A stretch of DNA of 64,000 nucleotides from Antedon mediterranea. Taxonomy: Eukaryota > Animalia > Echinodermata. Shown piece by piece: positions 23,859 through 35,999 of the stretch (positions are counted from its first letter, which is position 1; the number at the start of each line of letters is the position of its first letter). The translations under genes were made by a program, and so were the position numbers. Below the pieces are notes generated by a model. The model was not told the origin of the DNA. It saw only the letters and a program-made list of their open reading frames with translations, and searched no databases. Location: contig NC_092670.1 of assembly GCF_964355755.1 (NCBI RefSeq), forward strand, positions 28,694,388-28,758,387, given 5' to 3'.

Positions 23859-25149
23859 TCTATATATAAATTTACGTAAGGGCAAAATTCGGTAAATCGC
23901 ACCTTACTTCTAGAATTTTCACTCGATGGTATATAAAGTTGGTTCATGATTTCGGTACTGATTTTAACCACCTGATGTAACCCTGTTTACTAATTAAATT
24001 TAGTTAGATAATTAGTTATTGACAATTTAGACGAATTTAGGTTCAACGATTCGCCCCAAAAAGGGATGTTTTCCGATCGTGGTATACACTTTCTAATGAA
24101 ACACACAATAATATGAGGATGTTTCGCAATTTCCTATCTTCTCCTACGATAATTGTTTTTAATAGCTGAAAACCGGTTGAATAGCTCGAGTACAGAATCA
24201 ATCATAATGTTACAGACAGGCCAATTTTCTTTAAAAAATACTATTTTGATAGATTTAATATACGTTTATACAATGTATTGATTGGCAATGAATGGAACAT
24301 TCCAATCTCTGTTCCACAAGTGTCTATTCCCAGGCATCGTAATAGCAAGTACACACATAACTGAAATTCGATCCATTTTTGTTTCAATCTGTTCTGCAGA
24401 GGTTGGATATAGGTTTCTTTTTTTAAACGGATGTATTTTCAGTCGCCGTCTATTATGTACAAAACTTTATTATTGCAGTTAAACCACCCACACCACCTCA
24501 CTGGGATGAGTAGAGTTGTAAAGCCAGTAGAGAATAGGCTTACGGTACGAAGGATCATATGCCCTAAACGCAGAACAACTTTGGTGGTTAGATTAGGTAT
24601 GAATTGGCTCTAAGAAACAATTGAAAACCATTAGGCCTACTAATTAAGTTGGGTTAAATAATTTAACATTTATTGACGATTAAAGCGAATTTACCATTTG
24701 CCCCGAATAGGTAGTTTTCACAAATTATTTTACATTATAAACATATACAAATAAACTTTATTACTCACAGTTGCTTTTAACATTTGTATTAATTAATACT
24801 GTAATTACAAAAAAAAAAAATAAAAAATCGTAGTGATCGTTACATGTACCGTACTATTAAATTGACTATTGGCGACGGTGACAGTTTCAACAAAGTATCG
24901 CAATGTTTTACTGTGTTTAGTGGTATATTATTTGTAAAAACATGAAAACAATTAATATTTCGTTACTAAATGGATGAAGAATATATTTAAAAAGTGTTCC
25001 TCTTTGCACCCATCCTCTTCGCCATCCCTCAACCCTAATGTTACATACAAAACACAAATTAAGTTTGTTTAAATTTGACTCAAACAATTGGTCTCATTTT
25101 GTGACAAGTTTCTCTTTCGGAAGTAATTCCCACGGTGCTAATTTTAGTT
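23859..25149 (+). mobile_element. Helitron family A, 5' end and body (3'-truncated)
   Basis: Starts A|TCTATATATAAATTTACGTAAG. 23859-24065 is the inverse of 28070-28269, and 24938-25149 matches 2-16 plus 319-500. Confidence 0.65.
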
Positions 25150-25321
25150 TGCGAAATTAAGAAATGTTCTTATTATAGAGATACGCGAGACACAAAAAAT
25201 GGCCTGAAAGAAAGAAGAACTAGATTTGAACAAGTTAGTTATACGCACACCCAATGCCATGTGCATGCCATACGTTAGAAATTGCTCTAAAAAAGATTAT
25301 GCCATTATGACTTGAAGAATA

Positions 25322-25903
25322 TTTTGCTACTCGGAGACTGCGGCATTAAACAAACTCATAGAATAATAAATAAAGACGCATACAACATAAGTTCTGGCTT
25401 AAATAGTTTAATTAGTAAATGAACATTCACCCATGTAAAACTGCACATAAAAGTCATAAGCAAATATAAGTTATATAGCAATAATTTTCCAATTCTAAGT
25501 AAGCACAACAGGGATGCTCAGAGAAAAATAGCCCTATTGCCATAAGTGTCATAATATTGGGCGGGAGGGAGGGAAAATTGTCTTCAACTTAATGTGATCG
25601 TGTTAACAGAGAGGATGCTTGATCAAAGAGGTCGAAAACCCGCCCTCTCCGTTCTCAAAATAGAATTGTGTTTCCAACCCAATTCTTGATTTTTGCTACT
25701 CGGAGACTGCTGCATTTAACAAACTCATAGAATAATAAATAAAGACGCATACAACATAAGTTCTGGCTTAAATAGTTTAATTAGTAAATGAACATTCACC
25801 CATGTAAAACTGCACATAAAAGTCATAAGCAAATATAAGTTATATAGCAATAATTTTCCAATTCTAAGTAAGCACAACAGGGATGCTCAGAGAAAAATAG
25901 CCC
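25322..25903 (+). repeat. Near-identical ~213-bp direct repeats (25322-25534, 25691-25903) around a spacer that is also copied at 31073-31192
   Basis: Direct comparison: TTTTGCTACTCGGAGACTGC...CAGAGAAAAATAGCCC occurs twice; GGAAAATTGTCTTCAAC...CAATTCTTGATT occurs at 25572-25691 and 31073-31192. Confidence 0.9.
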
Positions 25904-26492
25904 GCGGCAGGTGCCAAGGCACCGCCAAGAGCAGCCCACCAAAGAGCAGGAAACAAGGAAGAATGTTCACTTACTCGCATGAAACTGAGATAAAAAAAAA
26001 CAACCAGGACTCCCTGGAAGAGTCTCCAAAGAGACTGATAGGTACAAAAATCACCATTAATACAACGATGCTCCCCATGAAAGTATACGCAGATACTTCA
26101 TGGCAGTATGTTGAGCATCAGCACCTTCCACCCAAGGCTAATTCAAGGGCTCCACTACCGTGCACTGCAATGGGAGCAAAGTTGTACTAACACATCGCCA
26201 ATAAACAATACTGACAGAAAAAACAAAAACGCATGGATGTGAGTTATAATGTAAATGTAGATTTTTATTATGTTGTTGAAAATTCGTAGAAATATAAATT
26301 ATTCAATGAAATACAACAATACAGCTGGCCACCTCTTGAACATGATGAGGGAAATCCCTGTTTTCAGTTTATGACCGCCCATTTGGAGATCTAAAAGTAT
26401 GATGCTTTTTGATTAGAGTTTCCGTAACAACCTGAGGTGATTGTCAATTAGATTGCCAAGGGCTTTAGGTTGTCAACAAATCATGTCCCAGG

Positions 26493-26765
26493 TTAAGATA
26501 AAATATGATAAGATAAATCTTTATTGTCATGAACACAACAAGGCGAGCATGAAATTGGTTTTCCTTGATGCTTAAAAACACATACAATATATAAAACATT
26601 AAAAATATCAATACAATACATTAAAAATATATACAGTTGTAAACAAGTAAAACAAACTATCTTTGAAATGTTGAGTTGGAAACATGAATAGAGTTTTGGA
26701 CGATGTCTAGAACAGAATTGGTGAACTTTCAAAAATTGTCTTCGGTTTTTCGGTAGGTTGATCCA
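26493..26765 (-). mobile_element. LINE (CR1/L2-like) extreme 3' end
   Basis: AATAAA followed by an (ATCTT)-like tail on the minus strand, preceded by a degenerate WINLP... ORF2 terminus. Confidence 0.45.
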
Positions 26766-27444
26766 ATATTTAAATCAAAGACACATATAAAATAAAAATA
26801 TAATGTTTAAAGTACATATTGTTAACATATTAAAGTGATTAGTTGAGAATTGATGAACGGAAAAAGAAAAGAGTAGGCACATGTTTTTCGATTCTCAAGC
26901 CACAGTCCATTAGTTCCATTGTCTCGGGCTGAGTGAAGCTAACCTGTGACTGTCAGTAGCATTTTGGCTTAACGGAGGTTAAATCTTCTATATATTGTAT
27001 TTAACCAACATTGATTATAATTATGATTAATATATTTGCCATTCCTAACGTTCCGAAGAATTAATAATAGGTAGGCCTACTTAATTATTTTGAAGTATTT
27101 TAAAACATATTAGTTAGAAATGCGCAACATTCCTATTATAGCAAATGGAATCGTCCGTACCATGAAAGTTAAATACTTTATGGACAGGTCCACTTATTTT
27201 CAAGGGATATTCTTTGATTATTATTGATTGAGGATTATTTATATATATATATAAATTTGCCATTGGATATATATATATAAAGTATGAACGGAATCATATT
27301 TTGTAGGTTTTTAGTTTTAATTGATTAATTTAAAACTGTTAGTACTGCTATAGAAATCTATGTTTGCATTTTCTTCAATTAATATTTATTTTTTTAAATG
27401 AAAACATATTATTTTTAAAATTGAATTTATTGTAATTAATTAAA

Positions 27445-28269
27445 CTAGATGGTCGTGTCCACGGATGGTTCTCGAATACACAGTAATTTCAGCGTGAAAA
27501 AAGAAACAACGAAAAACTGGCGATTTCAAATGTACGTACCGCAGGACTATAGAACATTGTCGTTTACAGAAACGAATAAATAGACACGATGATTTATGTA
27601 GTCAACTAAAATTAGCACCATGGTAATTAGACCTACTTCCGAAGAAGGAGAAACTTTTTTATTTGAACTCATTTAAACAAACCCAATTTGTGTTTTGTAT
27701 ATAACATTAGGGTTGAGGGATAGGGAAGAGGATGTAACGATACACCACTACGAAGTTTATATTGTTTATAATTAATTATTAATATAAACGTTGAGAAGCA
27801 GCTGTCAGTAATACAGTTTCTTATTTGTATATTATGTGTTTATATATCCAGCAGTAGAGCATACCCACGGTAACAGTAATACATGTTCTTTGTATATATG
27901 TTTATATATCTAACAGTAACCACATTCACCGTAAGAAAGTTTCGATTCAAATGGCGACCAAAAATGGTTAATACGTATTTACAATAATGTCAAAGTTTTG
28001 CAATATCTCAGTTTTAAGTTTATTCTCCAAGGGCTCATAAATTTACCTACTTGTGTTAAACCAACACCCCTATTTGGGGCAAATAATTGAACCTAAATTC
28101 GTTTTAATTGTTAATAACTAATTATCTGACTAAATTTAATTAGTAAACAGGGTTACATCAGGTGGTAAAAACCAGTACCGAGATTCTAACCAACTTTATC
28201 ATCGAGTAAACATTCTAGGAATAACGCACGATTTACCGAATTTTTTCCTTACGTAAATTTATATATAGA
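27445..28269 (-). mobile_element. Helitron family A, short copy with both termini
   Basis: Minus strand runs A|TCTATATATAAATTTACG ... CACGACCATCTAG|T, i.e. TC...CTAG inserted between A and T. The 3' hairpin is deleted relative to 647-683. Confidence 0.72.
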
Positions 28270-29715
28270 TTATGATTGATCAACAGGTATTTAATCTATA
28301 CAGTAATGGAAGAAAATATGAAAGAAAATTATCAGAATCAGATTCTTCAATGAACACATGTAATTCCGACAGTTTGAAAAAGAAAATTGATCGTGCAAAT
28401 AATGTTTACGTTTCAACATATTTTTTTTTTATTACATACAAAAACATATTTTTAATAAACATTTGATTTAAAATTGTGTATTTATATTATACAATTAACT
28501 GGTGAAACAATGGGCATGATGGGATTTATAATTAAGAGCTATGTTAGATTTTGTGTAATTTTGCGATTAACCAACACATTTTTATTTTGTTACACGTTTC
28601 CATGATAACAACAAAAACATATTTTTCGTGTTTTATTAAAAATTGTGTATTTATAGTATACAATTAAATAGTAAAAACAAAAAATGGGCATTATGTGATT
28701 CATAATTAAAGAACTATCTTTGATTTGTATGTATTTTTGCGATAAAACGACAATTTTTTTATTTTTTTTTTTTTTATTACACGTTAACAACATGTTAACA
28801 AAAACATATTTTTTAATAAAGTTTTGAAGGAAAATGATGTATTTATATTATACGATTAACTGGTGAAAAAATGTGCATAATGTGATTAATAATTAAAGAG
28901 CTATGTTAGATTTTTGTGTATTATATTACATTCAAATATTACCTATTTGCATTATGTATTATGATAAAACAATATTTTTATGATTTTTTTTTTTTTTTTG
29001 CAAACGTTTTATAGAAGATGTATTTACATCAATCAATAACAGTTGAAAAAAACTAAGTTGGTACAATTTATGGTTGTCTTACGTGCTGTCCGTTTGGCCA
29101 ATATGAACCCCTATCAGAAATCGATGTAGGAATACAATACAACAAAATGTTAATAATACCCCAAAACGTAGTGTGGATTGCCGTACGATATAATTATTAT
29201 AGGTATTATACATTATGTACAGTGGAGCTAGGCTGAATTCAAAACTTCACTTGACCGAACATATGGAAAGGTACACGTTTGTTTGTTTGTGTAATTACTA
29301 GGCATAGTCGTTTGTAGACGTTAATATAGAAAGTTAGCTTTTATATTTTACTTAGAAGTAGAAGTGTGTATATATTTTTTTTAAATATATAAAATAATGT
29401 ATATTATTAAAACTAGAATTTAACTCGTCACTTTGACCTAATATACTGTGTATATATAAAGGAAATAAACAGTGTCCCAGTAAAATATATCACACCGTAA
29501 GGAAAACTGGATACTCGAAGTAATATCTGATACTAAGGTGAAAAATGCTAGTCTGTTATCGCTCGACATACCATACCAATGTGTAATGTGGTTTGCGATT
29601 ACTATGTTTGTGTCGTTAATATCTTCCTACGAGAGGATTTATGTATGGGCCTTGTAATGTGCGAGTCGTTATCGTTTATGTATGGGCCTTGTCGTTGACT
29701 AAGGCGAAAGTAAAT

Positions 29716-30360
29716 GTGCGAGTCGTAATCGCACGACATATAAAATTCATGTGCGAGTCGTTATCGCACGACATATAAAATTCATGTGCGAGTCATTATC
29801 GCACGACATATAAAATTCATGTGCGAGTCGTTATCGCACGACATATAAAATTCATGTGCGAGTCGTTATCGCACGACATATCATGTGCGAGTCTTATCGC
29901 ACGACATATAAAATTCATGTGCGAGTCGTTATCGCACGACATATAAAATTCATGTGCGGGTCGTTATCGCACGACATATAAACATTCATGTGCGAGTCGT
30001 TATCGCACGACATATAACATTCATGTGCGAGTCGTTATCGCACGACATATACAATTCATGTGCGAGTCGTTATCGCACGACATATAAAATTCATGTGCGA
30101 GTCGTTATCGCACGACATATAAAAATTCATGTGCGAGTCGTTATCGCACGACATATAAAATTCATATGCGAGTCGTTATCGCACGACATATAAAATTCAT
30201 GTGCGAGTCGTTATCGCACGACATATCATGTGCGAGTCTTATCGCACGACATATAAAATTCATGTGCGAGTCGTTATCGCACGACATATAAAATTCATGT
30301 GCGGGTCGTTATCGCACGACATATAAAATTCATGTGCGAGTCGTTCATCGCACGACATAT
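29716..30360 (+). repeat. 35-bp minisatellite (~18 copies) within larger degenerate repeats spanning ~29550-30755
   Basis: Unit GTGCGAGTCGTTATCGCACGACATATAAAATTCAT, with starts at 29751, 29786 and 29821, and an internal dyad GTGCGA/TCGCAC. Confidence 0.95.
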
Positions 30361-31346
30361 TATAAAAGTATATGTGCAGGTAATGTCTGTGTCGTTAATA
30401 TCTTCCTACAAGAGGATTTATGCATGGGCCTTGTCTTCGACTAAGGCGAAAGTAAATGTGGGAGTCGTTATCGCACGACATATAAAATTCATGTGCGAGT
30501 CGTTCATCGCACGAAATATTATAAAAGTATATGTGCAGGTAATGTCTGTGTCGTTAATATCTTCCTACAAGAGGATTTATATATGGGCCTTGTCTTCGGC
30601 TAAGGCGAAAGTAAATGTGCGAGTTGTTATCGCACGACCTATAAAATTCGTGTCCGAGTCGTTAATCGCACGACATACAGGGATTACAGTATAATATAAG
30701 AGTATAATATGTGCGGGTAATGTTTGTGTCGTTAACATTTTCCTACGAGAGGACAACATATAAAAGTAAACAGAAATATATATATATATATATATATACG
30801 TATAAAGTCGGAAAAAACATGTGTTAAATCACAATGGCGGCCGAACAGTTGGCCCTCGTGTAAACTGGAATCACACCAGTAGCCTGGACACACCTTAAAA
30901 CACAATCACGTTACCACACATACAGTACGTAGGTAGACTTTCCATAAAGGAAAGGGCTGTAGTATTTGTAGTCGTGGAAGTATGAGTAGCATCGCATAAG
31001 GTGCCGAATTGTTAGAAAACTTACTTGTAAGAATGTTGCTGTGTTAGGATGGAAATCGGTGATGGAAAATAAGGAAAATTGTCTTCAACTTAATGTGATC
31101 GTGTTAACAGAGAGGATGCTTGATCAAAGAGGTCGAAAACCCGCCCTCTCCGTTCTCAAAATAGAATTGTGTTTCCAACCCAATTCTTGATTATGTTGTT
31201 GGTGAATTCTGTTTATTTTGTGTTGTGCAGTGTATCTAGTATACTGTATACACACAGTTTAGCATAAGTGAAAATATGGGACCCCACTTTAATTCTAATT
31301 TTTAACATGATGAAGAGGAAAATATGACTTTTTGAATTCAATGGTG

Positions 31347-32910
31347 TCACCATTTCCCTTTACGTATGTTTCCGAGCGGTTGAAAATACTTTAGGAATCT
31401 CCCTTGTGACATAAAAATATACACACAAAATCCACAAAGTTGTAAAATAACTCAAAAACAAACTTCAACTTTCAACAATCCAGTAAGCACTTTAAACATT
31501 AGCTTCACAATAACTGTTACAATTGAATATCCAACCCCTAATCCAACCTTCTTCAAAATAAATGCTTTAATAAAAAAAATCCTTCTCTCATCTTACAATT
31601 GTCATACTGTACTTCCCTTTATATACATGTTAATAACATTCTAGATCATTCCTTATACTTCTTACTCTATTAGATTTTCTATTAATATCACTTCTGAAAT
31701 GTTCCTGATTGTTCTTATTAATTATACATGGTTTCTTAAATCAAACATCTTATTCTAGAATGTTCATGTAATACTTTACTGTATCTGTTAGGACTGGTAA
31801 TTTACTACACCATGGCCATATGATGACGTCACAACATCCAATAGCCTAAATGTTAACATGAATTTGTATCACAATTCAATAGCTTCCAGAAAACGTTTTA
31901 ATCATGAGCATCACTTTTCATTCTATAACATTGAAATTTACTGTAACGATGATGATGAAAAACAAGTGACTGTGACTCATGTTATTCACACTTTGGAACA
32001 TGATGACGTCATCAAAATTAAATTGTAACTCTTCCAAAAGATAATTGATTGAGCAAACAAATAATAAATCTGAGAGACTTATTGGATAAAGGGAGATGCG
32101 TCCTATTAAATGTGATGAGCTACTGTATGACGAAAAAGACAAAAATCCTATATTTTATATTCGGTTGGCCATACGTTAAAGAAGTAACAATTTTGCATGA
32201 ATTCATATCTACAACTTATCTGTTTGCATAATAACAAAATTGCTAAATTACTTTAAAATAGATTTAAAATAGATAAAAATAACAAGACTGCGTGCTGCTC
32301 AATTTATGCTCCGAAATAACCGGTGGTCATTGACCCAAAACATCATCATTACCCAAAATGCAATACGATTTTTACTATAAAATTTAGGTTTTCAATAATT
32401 AATGAAATATTATTTACTCTCGTTTGGTAGGTATTTTCAACATATAAGTCCCATTTTGTTTCCGTTTGGTGTTTAGTAGGTGTAATAAATTACCATTCCT
32501 AACTCAAGTATCATAGTGTCTACATGAACATTCTAGAATAAGATGTTTTGATTTAAGAAACCATGTATAATTAATAAGAACAATCAGGAACATTCCAGAA
32601 GTGCTATTAATAGAAACTGTAATCCCATAGAATAAGAAGTATAAAGAACGATCTAGAAGGATAGGAACATCTTGTATAGGGATGTAAAATTATTGTAAGG
32701 TTGTTGGATATTCGATTGTAAAAGTTATTTTGAAGCTGTTGTTTAAAGTGCTTACTGGAATGTTGAAAGTTGAAGTTGATTGAAATTAAAGATTGTTTTT
32801 TTTTAGTTATTTTACAACTTTGTAGATTTTGTATGTATACCTTTATGTCACACGGGAGTTCTTGAAGTATTTTCAACCGCTCGTAAACATATGTAAGAGG
32901 AGTTTGTGAC
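31347..32910. repeat. Long imperfect inverted repeat pair (~31347-31771 and ~32521-32910)
   Basis: For example AATGTTCCTGATTGTTCTTATTAATTATACATGGTTTCTTAAATCAAA versus its reverse complement at 32548-32595, and CGAGCGGTTGAAAATACTT versus AAGTATTTTCAACCGCTCG. Confidence 0.8.
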
Positions 32911-34627
32911 AGTGTAGGACCTTACCCTTCGCGAGCGTGTATTGACGCCTCAAATTTTTTAGCTTATTTGTTACTTGGGTAGTTCACCAGAACGCCACCC
33001 CAAATTCCTCTTTCACTTTCGCAACAATGCTCTTAAATATCTGTCAATTTTTTCTATTGCCCACTATCCTTCTCCGTACTTTCTTTTCCTTCCACAACTG
33101 AATAACATATCTTGTGATTTCATTCGTCCAAATAAATGTTCACTTGTTCGTTCTACTGTCAAAACCATGAGGAAAACACACATGTTACGCGAACGTATCT
33201 GACTCAGGGTCACAACTGTCAATCAAATAACTGTTTCGTGTTGCAGCTAAAAATTGCTTAGTGATAACCGGTTAAACAGTGTTCTAACACCGAATTGAAA
33301 GATGAGTTAATTTATTCACACCGATTTTAACCGGTTATTTGTATGCAGCAGAAACACAGAAACAGGCCCTAGGATAGACTGAAAAATATAATTTAAGTTA
33401 AAAACATTTTTTGTTACATTCCGTGCACACTATGTGAATTGATAAAAGCAAAATTCGATTCGAATACGGTGCGCACGTAGTACTAAAAACATATTTTTTC
33501 AGTTTATTTTTATTACATATTCTGGAAGAGATGAGTTGTTAAAATCGGATTATGCATCAATATGGCTAACCGGACATTGTGATGTCATCGTATGGCCACT
33601 CAAATATAAAATATAGGATTTTTGTCTCTTCCGTCATAGCTCATCACATTTAATAGAGCGCATCTCCACTTATCTGTATTTCATTTCTCCCCATTTTTTT
33701 ATATTGTCTAGGTAAATCAATTATATTCTGCATGATTTACCATTTATTAAATTGTGATGACGTCATCATGTTCAAAAGTGTGAATAAATTGGGTCACTTA
33801 TTTTCATCATTACATTGTTATAGCTCCTCAAAATGAAAAGTGATACTCATGATTAAACGTTTTCTTTTGAGCATCGGCTGTTGTGACGTCATTATATTTC
33901 CAGTTGAATTAAAAAAGTCAGGTTTTCATCTCTTTCGTAAAAATTCACCTCATTTAAAATGGCTTGCTTTTCGTGTCTAAAATTCTTCAAATTTTCATTA
34001 ATGTAATTATTTAGATAATTATCTTTTAAAATTGCTATCTTTATATTACATTTTGATGATGTCAACAAGTTAAAAATTGGATCAAAAAATGGGTCTCGTA
34101 GTTTCATCTTTGCTACACTGATTATTCTGTAAATACTGTTATGCTTTATGACACAAAATAGGTACAATTCAACAATGTAAACATATTTAATTCAACCCAA
34201 ACTTGTCAAAGTGACGAGTTCAAATCTAGTTAGAAATTACTTTTGCGCATTTTAAATTTAAATGCGCATGTGCACGAAATTGTGTGTGAAACACGCCATT
34301 TTTACTCCATAGAAAGACACATGATATGAATTATAATTTTATTAAGTTTCATTAAAATATACTTGTTGGTTCTAAATTTATGATCATAGAAATTCATATT
34401 TCACATATCTACAACTCATCAGCTGCCTTAATATATTTTCTAAAATGGGGTCACCAACCATCCTGAGGAGCTATATAACCGATTAAATATATATTTATAT
34501 ATATATTCATAAATTTGCATTAAATTACCTATTTTTAGCACACACTTATTAAAGTTGAATGTACATGCGCGTCATATATTGTTTGAAGGTTTGAATGGCA
34601 TAATCAAATGTTGATATAAGTTTGCGG

Positions 34628-34756
34628 TACACCACGTAATATTGGTTCTGAAAAGAACTGTTGAGTTTCTCGACGTTTCGATCACTCCTGAGGACGATAT
34701 CAGTCGAAACATCAAGAAACTCAACAGTTCTTTTCAGAAATAATATATGTGGTGTA
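34628..34756. mobile_element. Penelope-like palindromic remnant with a hammerhead-like core
   Basis: Arms TACACCAC...TTCTGAAAAGAACTGTTGAGTTTCT / AGAAACTCAACAGTTCTTTTCAGAA...GTGGTGTA. The centre reads CGACGTTTCG...CTGAGGA...CGAAAC. Confidence 0.6.
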
Positions 34757-35194
34757 AAAACACCAAAGTGCTTAGAATAGCTTCAAATCGCATTTGGAGA
34801 CGTTTTAGACCATTTTGTGATTTTCGAAAAAAACTTGGTTCCACAAAAACATCAAAGTGCTTAGAATAGGTTCAAATCGCATTTGGAGACGTTTTAGACC
34901 ATTTTGTGATTTTCGAAAAAAAACTTGTTAACATAAATACACCAAAGTGCTTAGAATAGCTTAAAATCGCATTTGGAGACGTTTTAGACCATTTTGTGAT
35001 TTTCGAAAAAACTTATTCACATAAAAACACCAAAGTGCTTAGAATAGCTTCAAATCGCATTTGGAGACGTTTTAGACCATTTTGTGATTTTCGAAAAAAC
35101 TTGTTAACATAAAAACACCAAAGTGCTAAGAATAGCTTCAAATCGCATTTGGAGACATTTTAGACCATTTTGTGATTTTCGAAAAACCTTGTTA

Positions 35195-35999
35195 ATAATT
35201 ATCCCTCCCGTTCCCAGCCGCTGAGAGAGAGCCATTTCCCCTCAACCGTATTCTTTTTAGAACAGCATTTTTTTACTATCCCAGGGAGTTGAAATTTTTC
35301 AAACAGTAAATTTATCATTTTATCATAAATGTATGAAAATATGTTTCTAAAAACAAATATTCCTTATTTAATTTCCTGTAAAATGATGTATAATGTATAT
35401 TTCTAAGATTTATTTTTATTTATGAAATCTATGAATTAAAAAGTCATAATTTTCAAAATAAAATTTCAAAGAGATTGCTTTAAAAAAATTGTATAAAAAC
35501 GATAATAAAATGATATTTAGAAAACCCTAAAAAACAAATATTTATAATACATACCTATCAATTTACATTTACTTGAACAAAAGTTATAATAGGAGAGTTA
35601 GATCCGAGTTATTTTATTCAAATCAACCGCAATCGTATAATCTTAGCCTAGGCCCAATCAAACCATCCTATCACCATCGTTAGTCTGAGCATGCCCACTA
35701 TAAGCAAGTTGCATAGGCGAGTAAATTCTGGCAATGTGCTTCATGGGCCTACAAAAAATCCTTCTCGCGTTGCACATTTTTCAACAAAGGAGTCAGTATT
35801 TCCGGTTGTGTGATTAGATACGGTGAACGTGTAATCCAAAACAACAGGATATTGATAAATTTATCAGTTTTTAATTGATATTTTCAAAAGATTTTACATT
35901 AGCGATATTTTTAAAGGGTATGTTTGGTTACTAACGTCGCCTGGGGGTTTTCAATGCATACTTAATTAGGTGTCTAACGCCGCCCATGGTACTAAGATT
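35195..35999. mobile_element. Unclassified ~0.8-kb insertion at the TTAA of a satellite monomer
   Basis: The satellite stops at CTTGTTAA and resumes in register at TTAACATAAAAAC. No ORF and no convincing TIRs. Confidence 0.5.

Noticed and set aside
29716-30360. CRISPR-like appearance of 35-bp palindromic repeats
   Set aside because: The units are head-to-tail with no unique spacers, there are no cas genes, and the context is eukaryotic.
29954-30694. Repetitive ORFs (MRVVIARHIK...)
   Set aside because: These are translations of the 35-bp minisatellite, whose unit length is not a multiple of three.
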